NCBI RefSeq assembly: GCF_000400465.1
Contig: NW_008806282.1
Location: 20,001-268,000, forward strand
Length of the DNA stretch: 248,000 bases
DNA from: Wallemia ichthyophaga EXF-994
Lineage: Eukaryota; Fungi; Basidiomycota
Direction: 5' to 3'
Shown here: in pieces, positions 94,825 through 108,327 of the stretch
Position numbering within the stretch: position 1 is the stretch's first letter
Layout: each line of letters begins with the position of its first letter
Position numbers and translations under genes: made by a program
The notes under the pieces: model-generated
Databases searched by the model: none
What the model was told of the DNA's origin: nothing
What the model saw: only the letters and a program-made list of their open reading frames with translations

Positions 94825-96306
94825 ATGAGCATCACTAGCGATTCCCGGAGTTTTATCTCCGCGGAATCTAAAGCGCAACCCTCTAATTTGGTTATAAATG
94901 TTGATTACTCACCCCACTTTATCCGCTCCTACCGCGAGTGCATTGCAGATCTCCACCTGCAGTCATACGAGATTGATTCACACGTCGATAGCCCCCGATT
95001 GATGCCGACTAGAAACACGATAAACACCGCACATACCCCACGCCACACAAATACCACTCAAGGCAGTATCTTGGACAAGCTGAACAACGTACAGCCTATC
95101 TCCACTCAAGACCTCATGCTGAGAATTAGACCACAGAGTGCATCTACAGACCATTTAATAAGTTTGGAAGATGCAGAAGACTCAGAAGACGCAGAAGACG
95201 CAAAGACAAAGACAGACCACGCAAAGGGCAGTGTCGATTTCAGACACGACATACTATATCAAGCCATTAATGCCAGTTTCGGTGACACAACACCTAACAA
95301 TTTTCTAAACACAGACCCATCCAAGTCTTTGAGCGGTGGTACTAGGCATAGTACTAAAGCGGGTGATTCGAATTATTCATACAAATCGGCAAAATCGGCA
95401 AAATCGGCTAGATCGACCAAGTCATTAAAACACACTCCCACACCTACAACACGCACATCATCGCTATTATCATCCCCTCCCAAATCAACACACAAACCAC
95501 AAATGGGCGTACAAGTTACTCACTTAAAAATACCGCAGCAGCGCATACACGGCACTCCCACTATCCACAAGTCTCTCTCTACTCCTCTCCTCAGCGACCA
95601 GGACAGCGAGGTGTTGGATTCGCCTACACCCCCACCTGTGCCGATGAAGGAGGCACCGCGTGCGAAGACACAATCTTACTCATGCTCAAGCTCTGCTAAA
95701 AAACCCGAACGCTCTATATTTAATGAAATACATGCTCCAATACCTAGTCATAGTAGAAGTCACAGTCCCACTCAAACTCCTACTCCCGCTCTCAAAACGA
95801 GTGCGATCGATCGACGCAACAGACCACCAGCTCTCGAGTTAAGGCAATCGACTCATCGACAAATTGAAAGCAAGCTGGGTTGTTTGCAGGAGCAGAAAAA
95901 GGCACAGGAAAAGTCTGAAAAACAGTCTGAGGTGCAGTCTCAAAAGCAAGACAAACACAACAGCCATAAGCTCCCACCAGACACAACGACTCTGCCCTCT
96001 GAACACCCACCATACCTACCTCCACCCCCCATACCCCCCTTACCACAATCCACCGCCATTTTATCAAATTCTTTCACTCGAAATGTCCCAAGTAGACTGA
96101 AAGATGCACCAAAACTGACGAGGATGCGCTCAGAAACTCTGCCTTCTCCCACCACCCCAATCCATTCTATCAAACATCGCCCTACTTCTTCACCTACCAC
96201 CACCGATCAATACTCTGTGACTAGATTGAGAGGTATGCTTGAGCAGCATGTAGCGCAGGAGAGGAGCATGTGGCATAGCATTACATCCAATACCCGTCAT
96301 TCTTAA
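94825..96306 (+). CDS. Hypothetical Ser/Pro-rich disordered protein
   Basis: 493-aa ORF. Confidence 0.5.
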   Translation: MSITSDSRSFISAESKAQPSNLVINVDYSPHFIRSYRECIADLHLQSYEIDSHVDSPRLMPTRNTINTAHTPRHTNTTQGSILDKLNNVQPISTQDLMLRIRPQSASTDHLISLEDAEDSEDAEDAKTKTDHAKGSVDFRHDILYQAINASFGDTTPNNFLNTDPSKSLSGGTRHSTKAGDSNYSYKSAKSAKSARSTKSLKHTPTPTTRTSSLLSSPPKSTHKPQMGVQVTHLKIPQQRIHGTPTIHKSLSTPLLSDQDSEVLDSPTPPPVPMKEAPRAKTQSYSCSSSAKKPERSIFNEIHAPIPSHSRSHSPTQTPTPALKTSAIDRRNRPPALELRQSTHRQIESKLGCLQEQKKAQEKSEKQSEVQSQKQDKHNSHKLPPDTTTLPSEHPPYLPPPPIPPLPQSTAILSNSFTRNVPSRLKDAPKLTRMRSETLPSPTTPIHSIKHRPTSSPTTTDQYSVTRLRGMLEQHVAQERSMWHSITSNTRHS

Positions 96307-96360
96307 TTTCATTGCAACCATTGTAGTTATTTCTAGGATATCTTAATTACTTAATATACA

Positions 96361-97764
96361 TTATTCTAAAACAACATGCTTGATCGTGAATTTGTGAATA
96401 ACAGCTATAATGGGATCACTGAAAGACTTGGATGATTTAACAACAAGACTTTCTAATTTAGGAAGTGATTTGAGCAGCAGTTCGCCGTCGAGTATTGCAG
96501 GCTGGTAAGTGATGCTCCTCTCCATATCGTCGTATAGCGATGAAGTGTTATCGCGTGGTCTGTTGTCGACCGTGTTAGTCTGCTCGTAAGTGCATCTAGT
96601 TAGAGTGAGGTGGGTAACATTCCTCAAACAGCCTTCGTTACACTGCAGTGGAAACCCAAATGTGCAATTCTCGATTGAGATTTGGTGCAACTCCTGTGAT
96701 CGGAGCATACCCAAAAACCACGAAACGTTGCAAACACTATCGAGAAATACGACCCGCAGTTTGCGCACATTCAGCTGATTTGCGAATGCCCGGTTATCTC
96801 GAAACCACTTGAGGGTCGCTCTGTCCATAGCGAAGCTGCTGTTTTTCATCTTGATCGTATACAGCTCGGGACACTGGATGAGACAGCTAAATGTGACGGC
96901 TGACCTGTTGCGGGATTCTACAACTGCTGTGCGTGTCGGCTGCAAGTACGGCGCCCCTGGTATCGTTGTATGCTCCATCGCGACGTCTTTACCCTCCAGC
97001 TGCAGGTTGTGGGAGAGGGTGGACATGATGGTATCTGCGTCGCCTTTCAGCCTCCAATTGAGGAGGTGTAGATCGCTTGGGAAGGTAGTGAGGTGGTACA
97101 CTTCCGCCTCATTCAATCCGATAAGCTGCGAGTAATTGCGCATCCTCAGTTTCTTACATGTCAAACCAAATAGAGACTCAGTGAGGGTGAGTATGAAACC
97201 CTTTTTTTCGCTGTTGAATGGGCCTCCGTAGTAATTCACCTCAATCAGCTCAAATGGACGGTTTGGCGAGACGTCGAGCAGCTGAAAGAAGAATCCCTTC
97301 AAGAACATCCTATTGTACGCGCGTATACACAGCTTCACACTTCTTATATACCCGCACCGCTCAATGTGGCTTTGGAATCTGCCGCGTAGATTCGACATAT
97401 TCGCGTCGAAGCTCACTTTGCCTACGTTTTCATCTGTGGATATGAACGTGTTGACGTATACGTAATTTGTATTTATCGCGCGATACCATGCTCTGTTCAC
97501 CAGCTTGCCGTTGTGGGCTGCACTGGGGCCGTTATTCTCGTGGCAGAGATATCCGAAGACAAGTTCGATGAGCTCGTTGGGGAGTCTTTTTAGAGGATCC
97601 TTGTGCCATTTGTGCGCTTTTTTTGTGGATAGGCTGGCCATACCTTTCTGATATACACGAGTGAATAAGTGATTCACGCAAACAGCACAGGTACACACTT
97701 TTTCTACATCTTTATCAGACTGCCCTGATTTGCAGGGTTTACGTGGTTTGGACCGCGTGTCCAT
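96361..97764 (-). CDS. F-box/LRR-like hypothetical protein
   Basis: DPLKRLPNELIELVFGYL F-box-like motif followed by LRR-like strands. Confidence 0.5.
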   Translation of the reverse strand: MDTRSKPRKPCKSGQSDKDVEKVCTCAVCVNHLFTRVYQKGMASLSTKKAHKWHKDPLKRLPNELIELVFGYLCHENNGPSAAHNGKLVNRAWYRAINTNYVYVNTFISTDENVGKVSFDANMSNLRGRFQSHIERCGYIRSVKLCIRAYNRMFLKGFFFQLLDVSPNRPFELIEVNYYGGPFNSEKKGFILTLTESLFGLTCKKLRMRNYSQLIGLNEAEVYHLTTFPSDLHLLNWRLKGDADTIMSTLSHNLQLEGKDVAMEHTTIPGAPYLQPTRTAVVESRNRSAVTFSCLIQCPELYTIKMKNSSFAMDRATLKWFRDNRAFANQLNVRKLRVVFLDSVCNVSWFLGMLRSQELHQISIENCTFGFPLQCNEGCLRNVTHLTLTRCTYEQTNTVDNRPRDNTSSLYDDMERSITYQPAILDGELLLKSLPKLESLVVKSSKSFSDPIIAVIHKFTIKHVVLE

Positions 97765-97844
97765 GTCTGATGATGGCCGAGTCGGTTGAAGATTGATAAC
97801 AAGATAAGATTCATAAACATTCATAAAAGTCAGAGGTACATAAG

Positions 97845-100631
97845 CTAATGCCATCCACCACCTGGATAGCCTGGGTAACCGCCTGGGTATCCTTGCGGTG
97901 GTCTTGGTGGTGGTTGATAAGGGTGCACTGAATGCTCCGGATGCCCTTGATAACCACCATAACCAGGATATACACCATACCTACCATGGGAAGGCATTTC
98001 CATTGGAGGCGGCATCGGTGGTGGCATTGCTGACGGCATAGGTGGTCCTTGCATAGGCATTGGCGGTGGATTATACATTCCAGGTTTCGGTGGCTGGCCA
98101 TATGGCACATGCCCACCCGGTCCACCACCAGGCATACCCATTCCCATACCAGGCATCCCCATTGGCGGTGGGCTTGAGTATGCACCCGGTCCCGGCATAT
98201 ATCCTGGGTCGGGCATAGGTGGGGGCTCGGCGTATGGCATGTAGGGCGTGTGGCGCCCAGGTGGGGTGGGTGGTTTCGTGACGTGTCGTCCATGATACGC
98301 AGCTGGTGGGTATGGAGAGTGTGAGTGTGAGTGTGAGTGCTGCAATGATGGTGTTGATGTTGATGGTCTCGAATGCGTCGGTGGTGGTGGCGCTGGCTGT
98401 TTGCTGTCATTATCCTTCTTGCCCCCACCGCTGTCATTTTTCATTGCTCCTATACCCAAATTAGCTATCGAACTAAGCAATGAGGAATTCTTGCCACCAC
98501 CGCCATCGCCCTGTCCACTGCCACCTTGATTCCCACCGCCACCACGACCCTCAGCATCTCCACCGCCGGCATTTGCGGGCGAGGCATTTGTGTTGATCAG
98601 CCCCCATAATCCTCCGCTCGTAAACTCATTAACTCCCTCCTGACTATTGCCGTATGGATCATTAACCGTTTGGACATGTGTATGAACCTTGTTGGATGAG
98701 TCCATGCAGCTCTGTTTGTTCAAAGCACGCTCAATTTGGTCTATCTTGGGCCCTTGTGCCTTGACCCACTTCTTCATGAACTCGCCCATCTTCGTCTGTA
98801 TCTTGCTATCCTCATTAGCGAAGTATGGGTGATGTATTACTTCCAGAATCTCGTCGATTATACTGTCAGGATTTTCCTGGTTGCCCCAAGCTTCAACAAT
98901 TCTCTTGGTCGTTTGGCTAACTGCAATTTGAGCCAAGTTCCCGCAAGGGTTGTTCAGAAGGTGATCGAAATGGTCCTTGGCGAGACCAGTGTGCGTTGGA
99001 TCTGAACAGTTTGGATCAGTGTATACCTCCAATTGGTTTTTTGTTGCTAAAAGCTCTTCTGAACCCTTACCAATCGAGCTCTTGGCCTGCTTGATAAGAG
99101 GATCAATGAATGGCTCGAGAGTGGAGTAAATAAAGACGGCGATCGAGTTGGATATCTTTTCTACTAACGCGCTCAAACCTGGAATTTTATCTATTGTCAC
99201 TTCGATTGTCTTTGACACTCTGTCTCGGAAACACAGTATCTGCCATAGAACAGCGTATTGTTCCTGGGGGCTCATTTGATCAGGGGATCTCGACGTCGAG
99301 CGGAGGTTGCTGACGTCCTCGAATTCTCTGTTGAGTGAGCGTTGTCCACCGCCACTGTTGCTATCTGTGGTACTCCTAGTGAGTGGAACCTTAGAGCTAA
99401 CTCCGTCTAATTGGAAGATGAGGTCCCTGAGTGTGTCGATGATTGAATTTCCCCCACTTCCTGGCTGACCGCGTGACTTTGTAGTAGAACGATTCACTTC
99501 ATTATGAAGATCTGAGACGGATGCTGAGGTAAGCTTGTCACCAGCTTCACCTAATACACTGGCTGGTGGGTGTCTGAGTTGGGCTGGCAAGCTATTAGAA
99601 GCCACCCACCCATGAAATCCATACCACCAAATGATCCTGTTACTATTGGGGGTACGTTTTCGCCGCTAGGAGCACGTATTCTTACATTTTCACCAACATG
99701 TGGAAACACATCGGTAAGCCCAAGTTTGTAAAGGTAGATTTCAGCAAAATTGGAGTGCGCAGAAAAGTCAGCTAATGTATGGCAGCTTGTACCGAGCCAA
99801 CGAAACGCTTCGAACTCATCTTTGCTGTTTTTAGAGTTCTTATACCTTCTTCCATACTCGATGCAGAGACGTAAGCGTTCACGAACGAGGGCAGTGGAAG
99901 TATCACAAACGCTCTCATTAGCGATGTAGTTCTTCATGCCAGTGCGCGGATCAATTTCCAATTCAATTTGTTGAACAGGTCCTCTGAGACGTTCATCGTA
100001 CTGTTTCGCATCATCGGGGTAGCCTGTGTGTGGGTTAGATGGACGCAAGTAACATGACCACTACCAGCCTTTTGGATTATCAATGTGTTCTGTGGGGAGA
100101 TAAACGCCTAAGCGCTCATCGGTCACTTCAAACTCTTCCGTCGCGTAACCGAAAGCCAAGAAGGACATGACCATGACGATGTTGAGGATTGTCTGCTTAT
100201 TTATCTTGGACAAAGCAGCTGTGTCATTCGCTTGTGAATAATCGCGGAGAAAATCGTAGAAGTAGATGCGCTTGACATCAAGGCTCGTGAATTTGGTACG
100301 CGTCACAGCGGATAGAATACCGCTACCAGACTTCTTATAAAGATCTGCGAGTGCATCCATAATATCACCATGCCGGAATTTCTTTCTGAATTACCTGAGC
100401 AACAGTTTGACTTATCGGAGTAGGTACTTACCCCTGCTTAACCTGAGCATCGGTTTGACGTATCGGGGTAGATACTTACCTCTATACTAGCGTATGAAGG
100501 ACTGATAGCTGTGAGATTTCCGAGATTTCCGAGTCTGATGACTAGTCCACGTACATATTACCAGCACCAAATGCACTGGCTGTAGTTAACAACACGGCCA
100601 CGATCAAGAGCAGAATAACGCCATTTCTCAT
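97845..100631 (-). CDS. Het-C domain protein (copy 2), signal peptide and P/G/M/Y-rich tail
   Basis: MRNGVILLL leader, FGAGNIPSY, FRHGDI, YLPTEHIDNPKGY, PTHTGLAKDHF. Confidence 0.88.
100386..100479 (-). repeat. Tandem duplication of a 46-nt intron separated by GG
   Basis: GTAAGTATCT..GTTAAGCAG and GTAAGTACCT..GTAATTCAG, both 46 nt and colinear. Confidence 0.85.
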
Positions 100632-102021
100632 TTTGACTGTCAGTGACAGAGTGAGTGCAATAACCTCAGTGTCATCGACGTACAAAATGGAAAAAATAAA
100701 AATCAAGATATACAATTCGTTATAAATCAGCATTGAAACAAATGCAGTCGAGCATTGGCCGTAGCTTCCTTGGATTTCTTTGATGGACCAACGTCATTAT
100801 CTGTCCAAGGGCGCTTCCTTAGCTCTTTATCTCCGCAACTGTTGCAGCGAGTGTAATTTCCATTACCATACAAAGTGCGCTCAGCTATGTTGTTATTCTT
100901 ACAATCAAGATTTGCTTTGTTATGATGTGTTGATTGGTGTGTCTTGGTTTTATGTTGATATTGAAGTGAAATTAATTTGAATATGATTGCGAGAAAGACG
101001 CCGTTCAATACCCACTTTTAAGTACTGGATATGATTTGGTACACTTGATAAACCCAAAATAATCACCCCCAACGAGGCGGACGTTACACGATGGACTGAG
101101 ACATAGTCGAAAACATACGCATATGCACAAACACAAACAGCCACTGGCACAATGACTGGGAGTGCTGACAAGCTCTTTGCTTCAACAAAGCTAAATCGAA
101201 GATGTATCTATGTCGATCTAATGCAGTATGACCTTACCAAAACCAATGAACTGTTTCTGCATGTGATTATAAAGCACAAGATCCATCCTGTTGCCGAGAG
101301 AGCAGTTGTGTTGTTCAGCTTTTGCTAAATCCAACTCAATACGACATCATCTTTTCCGCCGTGATAACAGCACTTTGAGAACATCTTAAGCCTCGCATTA
101401 TTCAAGGTATGGATCGTTTACTGGTAGCCCGTTGCTCTAGACCTTCTTGCCAATTAACAGCCTGCAGAGAGCTGGAATAGTTATGTGTATTGCTATCTTG
101501 GGATATATATATCTGGGCTATTTCCGCTTTACAGAATGCTGCTTGGCGTGTACGAGTAAGCCAAGTCAGAACACCACAGTAAACCGCGAAAGAAATGGAA
101601 TATTGAATTCGAGTGAAACATCACATTTTGTGATCCAATTTATTATATAAACCATTCAACGCCCCTATTCAATCGAAGCATGCCGCCTCGACCAAGCCGC
101701 TAGGCTATCCATGAGCAGATGTGTGGCGGTCCAAACAGCCAACTTTCGGAGAAAATACCCGAGCTTCACGTACTTTAGCCACCCAGCTCCGCTCTGGAAA
101801 ATTTACCATTTCACTTTCTGCAGTCACAGAGAAGATGATTGCACTTAGAATAGTATTCGGATCAAAGTTCTATCAATGAATTATTGAAAGATGCTTATAA
101901 TGTGTGAAGAGAAAAGACACATGGAACATTGTGTATGATCAGCTTCGAGCCATTACTCAGTACGATATTTTTCATGAAAGACATAGTCGCATACGTAAAC
102001 ATACATTCGTATAAATTCACA

Positions 102022-102771
102022 TTAGATGGCGTTCTTGAAGAACGTCGTAAGGCGCTCGTAAGCTTCGACGTACACCTTCTTAGCCTCCTCATCCTGGAGG
102101 TTACATCTAGCAGCAGCAAAGCCGTGAATTGCCTTCTCAGTGTTAAAGTGATGGTACGCATTTTTCTCCTTAAATTCGTTTGACGAGAGGATATCAATAA
102201 CCTTCTTCACTTCACTTCCATCCTCGTCTTTTGATGGGAAGAATCCAATTGGTGTTTTCACCTTCTCCACCACGCCAGCATCCAGCATGGCTGGGTGGAG
102301 AACAGCAACAGCGTCAAACAGCTTAGCATCTTGTGTAGCTGCGTTGAGTGCGATGGCTGCACCCCAGCAGAAGCCAACAAGACCAACCTTGTCATGTTTA
102401 GCACGCAACTCACCGCTAATGTTGATCAACTCAGGGATACGTGCTGGTGGTGCAGCCACAGTGGAAAAGAATTTGCCGAGCTCAGACTGATCGGCTTCAT
102501 TTCCCGGAGGAAACTTCTCTAAAGGGAAAGGTTTACCGCGGAAGAAGTCAGGAAGAACAACTCGATATCCCTTGTCTGCTAATATATCTGCACCTTGCAG
102601 CGTCTGATTAAAGTAGCCAAAGATATCGTATATTCCAACTAGCACAGTCTTTGAGTCTGCTGGACCGGTAACGTAGGCCTTGTTGAAGTAGCCAACCTTC
102701 TCGTATTGGCCTTTTGGTTGGTAGTTTGTTTGATCGATTACGGGTGGGATTGAACAGCAAGCAGCAGACAT
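102022..102771 (-). CDS. Dienelactone hydrolase family protein
   Basis: YDIFG, PDFFRG, GFCWGA, HGFAAAR; intronless. Confidence 0.9.
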   Translation of the reverse strand: MSAACCSIPPVIDQTNYQPKGQYEKVGYFNKAYVTGPADSKTVLVGIYDIFGYFNQTLQGADILADKGYRVVLPDFFRGKPFPLEKFPPGNEADQSELGKFFSTVAAPPARIPELINISGELRAKHDKVGLVGFCWGAAIALNAATQDAKLFDAVAVLHPAMLDAGVVEKVKTPIGFFPSKDEDGSEVKKVIDILSSNEFKEKNAYHHFNTEKAIHGFAAARCNLQDEEAKKVYVEAYERLTTFFKNAI

Positions 102772-103040
102772 CTTGGTGGTGTGGGATGAAGGATGTGGAT
102801 AAGACTGAGTGATGTCATATTAGATTTGAAGCAGCGGCTGTTTCTTTTCAGTTGCTGATATTCGATTTTTGCTCATCTAGATTTCATTTCATGACAATTT
102901 TGGGATTAGTCCTTGCTGCCCTGTAAAACTCAGTTGAGGAATGACCTTTAAACATTCCTGAATATCGCGAATGCCGCAAATTCCGTAAGGCTAATGCTTT
103001 TCATCTGGTTAATCCTTAGACTTGTATAAACCCGAAACAA

Positions 103041-105261
103041 ATGTCAATTGCAGCTGCGAGATTACCACTGGATTTAGAGCTCCCCAGTGAGAAAATTCAT
103101 ACAACACACATCACAGAAAAGTCGCAGAAGCTGCAGAAGCACGACAGTGCATCTACACTCAGCCTCCCTCTCCACGACTCTGTTGAAGTTCAAGAAAATG
103201 TTGAGACAATCCAAGTAGAAGCCGATACTAACCACATGAACAGGCTCACTGTCGACATTGACGCGACTAGGAACGTTTCAGCATCTCCCTCAGGCACATA
103301 CAATGAGAATAAACGCTCATTTGCACCCAGCCCTGCGAGCGAACAGAACAACGTCGAGGAAGTTGGTCTGTTTCAGAAGTCTTACTATCCTAACTTTATA
103401 CATGCATTGAGAGACTCAAAGTCTACTAGCAGCGGCAGGACTATTATTCTTTGCCTGGATGGTACTGGGGACCAGTTTGATGGCGATAACTCTAACGTCG
103501 TGCGTTTTTTCAGATGCTTGAAGAAGGATGAGCCATCGAAGCAATTAGTCTATTACCAGGCTGGATTGGGTACTTATGTACGCGTTCATAGGCTTCTAGT
103601 CAAGACATTACTGACTCATGTCACAGACCACTACGCGCTCTGCGAACCCAATCACTACCAGGTTGTCAGCAATTGGTGATGTGACTATTGGTGAGTTCTG
103701 TTTTGCCAAGTTGGGTTACTGCTCACACTCAACCAGGCTCCGGGCTCGGTCATCACATTGTAAGACACTCAAATTACGTAAAAAAGAGCGCTAACAGCGA
103801 AATAGCGCGACGCCTATGCATTTTTAATGGAGAATTATACCAAAGGCGACAAGATATGCATGGTCGGTTTCTCTCGTGGTGCGTACTCAGCTCGTGGTTT
103901 AGCCGGAATGCTTCAGAAGGTGGGATTGGTGTTTTACTCCGAATGAGCTGACTTCTTGACAAAGGTTGGACTCCTTCCCAAGGGAAATAGAGAGCAGGTG
104001 GGATTTGATTGATTGATTGATTGATTGGTTGGTTGATTGGTATTAGGTGGGATTTGCATACCACATGTTCAAAGACAACTCAGATGAAGGCTGGAAGATG
104101 AGTCAGCTCTTCAAAGAGACCTTCTCAATCAAAGTGAATATCCACTGGATAGGCGCATGGGACTCAGTGTCGTCTATCGGGTTCATTCCGCGTGATCTAC
104201 CCTTCCACAAATCGAACAATGCCGTGAAAAATTTTACGCATGCAGTAGCACTCGATGAGCACCGCGCCAAATTTAAGGCAGGTCACTGGACGCGCTCTGA
104301 TGAAATGGAGGTACGCATAGGTCCATGGCAGCGTCGAAAGGAGGAATTGAAACCTAAATTCGGAGACATAAACGAGATCGAGGAGGACGATGTTATACAG
104401 GAGCAGAAAGACACAGAAGAAGATCCCAAAAGGGCGGTAGAGAAGAAGCGCGCTAAAGTGATGAAAAACATCAAGGAAATACGTAAACGTACACAGAAAT
104501 CTAGTGGTGAGGATGATACCAGTGTAGATGCATTCAATCCGGAGATTCAGGCGCAATTTGAGATGCTGTTCGAGCTTCAGGATAAGGAAGATCTCAGCGA
104601 GACTAAAGTAAAAGAGGTGTTTTTTACAGGTTGCCATGCAGATGTTGGGGGAGGGTAAATAAAACTGGACGCATCATGGTAACTTTTCCACTAACGTCAT
104701 GATAGGGCCGTTGCCAACCATACTAGACATTCTTTGGCTCGTATACCACTCAGGTTCATGCTAAGACAAGCCTTCAAGGCTGACACAGGGCTCTTGTTTT
104801 CGACAGATCTTCTCGACTATTACGGCCTCGACCTCAACACATTGTACCCATACGTCACTCGCCGCCCTCCGGCGGCTGAGGGGGCTCCAGAAGGCTTTCC
104901 GGAGCTTCCTCAACAAGATAACCCCCGCAGAGTGTTTCCAGAAGCTGTCGAAGATTACTACGATGCGTGAGTGCTTTTAGTTAGCTTGGATGATGCTAAA
105001 AGTCTCAGGCTATGCCCTTATCATGATTACCTCAATTTGTCAAAAGGCTGGTGGGTCCTCGAGCTTTGGCCGCTAAGAGAGATCTACCAAGATGGTCACG
105101 GCAAGTATAGAAAGCGTCTTGCGCCAAACCTTGGCCATCACCGCGCCATAAGAGGTACTAACAACAAGTTCCACCGCTCAGTGGCTATTCGCCAGAAACA
105201 GATTGGATATGATATTAAAGCGCGCATGGTTGACTCGCCTACTGCTCACTGGGTAGGCTGA
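103041..105261 (+). CDS. DUF2235 (Tle1-like alpha/beta hydrolase) protein
   Basis: LCLDGTG..NSNVV, YQAGLGTY, GFSRGAYSAR, WDSVSSIG, FTGCHADVGGG. Confidence 0.85.
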
Positions 105262-106563
105262 GACGCGCTTTAGTCACACCGAACCATATCACCACGCTCA
105301 TTCACTTAATTGTTCTCACGCTTCGCTCAAATATTTGCAAACACGTACGCAACGAATACAATGTTAATACACTCCTTAAATCCTAGTACACTTATTACAT
105401 TACTTTATTTGAAAATCCAATTCTTTTGCTCCTAATGCTCCTGCCATACATGAATATTCACTTATTAACTTGCTTAGCATAGCCTGGGCTTCTCGAAAAT
105501 TCAATTCTACCGGTAATGCAACATCTATTGCGTGACGTTGACGTCATCCTAGATAGCTACAGAAATGGGATTTGCTGAGATTTTGAACGTATATCCAGGC
105601 TCCTCAAATGATATTTATTACTGATATACGTCTTCAGGTTGTCACACAACTCACAATAATATCAACTGCTTCCGGTTTTGGATTGCCAGGTCATGCGAAG
105701 GTACCAACTGATAAAAGTGGATAGAGCATCCAATTATTATTTAATGATTCTTTGAAACCCGCTTGTGTAGCTTATGTGGGGCCGATAAGTGAGATTGTCT
105801 GCAGGCAATCATGAGTCATTCTGCCACTTGCAGATGACTCAGAGAAGGATGTCTGGATGTCTATTGGAGGATGTTCTGGAGCACGAATCACATCAAAACC
105901 ATAGGCTGGCTCATCCGAGTAATCCGTGAATGACAGAAGTTACTATTACCACGGTCATGGCGCAATACTGCAGGATAATCAAGGCAAATGCACTTGTATT
106001 GATGTCTGTTTACATTTAGGAATCCCGCATTGCACCCTTGAGCACGCAATTCATGCGCCATTCACACCATAGGTTTATCCAGGATTTTCAAATGCGGCAT
106101 TTCAGGCCAAAAAAACGTATAGGCATAGGTTTTAGATGGCGAATTATCCACGTAATTAGCAAACTACATTAAGGTTAGCATGCATTTGATTACGGCGATA
106201 ATGGTGAAGATTTTAACCGCATTAGATCAAATTCCAAAAGGAGGATTATAGTGATGATATTCAGGGATTATATATGTAAATAGGCTTATATGAAATAAAA
106301 AGCAATTTTTTAAATGGAAATGGGTGCGATCACATTGTACGGCTCTGAAGACGTGGAGTTGACAGATTGTTCACAACTTCCATCATCAGCGCACCGGGCA
106401 AAGCACTGTTAATTTACAAAGCTCAAAATTCAGCAAAATATTCAAATTGATCAAATTAATTCCTTCCAATTTAGGAATTTTGCGCCGAATCCATTAGCGT
106501 ATCCAACATCACAATACGCAACGACACGAACAACACAGTCAACACAATTAAAATTTCTTAATC

Positions 106564-108082
106564 ATGGGATTTTTCGAGAAGAAAGATGCTTTGGATGTAG
106601 AGTCAGCAGCACATAAGCTTGATTCTGATAGCAACCTCGAATCCTCCATTAAAGAGAAGTCTCTTTCTTGGCAACAAGCAAGTTTTTTACTTTTGCTTGA
106701 ATACATCGTCATCGCATTGCTAGCGCTGCCTTCCTCATGGGCTAGTCTTGGCTATGGTGGTGGTACCATTGCAACCATCATCCTTGGTCTCACTGCCGGA
106801 TATACTCAACACGTCTTATGGCGCTTCTGCCTCAAGTTTCCAGAAGTACGCGATATTCTTGACGTGGCTGTTATTCTCGTTGGTGGTGGTGCGTCTTATT
106901 TTTTTATCATCAATTATGAGCTAATGTGACAATATCAGGTAAATGGGGTAAAGTGGCGTGGACGTGCGCATTTATCGGATTAGTACTGAATAACGTTGCT
107001 ATTATGGGATTGCATATTGTCCAATTCAGCCTTAGTATCAACACTCTCTCCGACGGTGCGAGATGCACGCAGGTGTTCGCCGTTTGTGGCACCCTCCTCA
107101 TGCTGCTCATTTCCCTCTTCAGAGAATTGAAGCACATGTCTCTTCTCGGGGCTGTAGCTTCCGGAAGTATGCTCGGCTGCATTATACTCGCAATGATCTT
107201 CTCAGGCGTGCAGGATCTCCCCCCCAACCACTCAGGCGGGCCAATCATCGTCGAGCCGTGGGCCCGAGAGGGAGTCGGTCTTGTAGACGGCAACAACGCT
107301 GTTCTCAACATCCTCTACACCTACGTTGGTCACATTCTCATACCGACCTTCGTGGCTGATATGAAGTGAGTCGTCATCTCGACTATAAGCCTCCCCCTAA
107401 ACACACCCTAGAAATCCAAAAGACTTTGGTAAAGCCATCTACGTCTCTATCACTGCAGAAATTGTCCTCTTCTCACTTGCGGGTGGTATCATATACTCGC
107501 AGGTCGGTGCGGCGGACATGACAAGTCCTGCATACGGATCACTCCAACCTGCCTTTCAAAAGACCATTGCGGCATTTGTGTTACCAACCGTAACCATTGT
107601 CGGCGGTGTATATTGCCTCGTCACTGCGAAGACTGTCTTTTCGAGAGTATTCGCTTTCAACTCGGTACACAGACGGAGTCATACCGTGAAAGGATGGTCT
107701 GCATGGATAGTCATCATTATTCTGCTGTGGATATTAGCTTACATCATCGGACAAGCAATTCCATTCTTCAACGATCTCATTTCGCTAATTAGGTGGGTTT
107801 AATTGCTTTTAGCGGCCTATGAATCACACTTACACTCATCTCAGCTCGCTGTTTGACAGCTGGTTCGGTTTTGTCTTCTGGGGCATTGGATATTTCTTTA
107901 TCTACCGCCGCAAGTCCTTCAGCGGTTGGGGCATCGTGGAGGCGCCACTCAATATTATCATCACTATCGTCGGATTTGTCCTATTGGGCTTGGGCACTTA
108001 TACTTCCGTAGAATCCATTATAGAGAGCTATGACACCGGCAGCATTAAATCACCTTTCTCATGCGTCGATAATGGCTTTTAA
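106564..108082 (+). CDS. Amino-acid permease, AAAP family (Mtr-like)
   Basis: LSWQQAS..EYIVIALLALP, GHILIPTFVADMKNPKDF, many TMs. Confidence 0.85.
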
Positions 108083-108327
108083 GGTGCTTCTAAAAAGCTT
108101 CTCGCGGTTTTGATGACAGATTATACGGAAGATGTTCACTTTTTCTTTACCTTATTACCTTCTTTCTTCTAGGATTTTAGAGACATTTCAACATGCTTAC
108201 GCTTTATGTTTTTACGGATGAATGCTGTCAAAGATATATCTTGTAATTCTACACAAAATAGACATAATATCATATACGGAGTTACATACAATATACAACA
108301 AACGCGAGAGCACCGAAAAAACACTAT

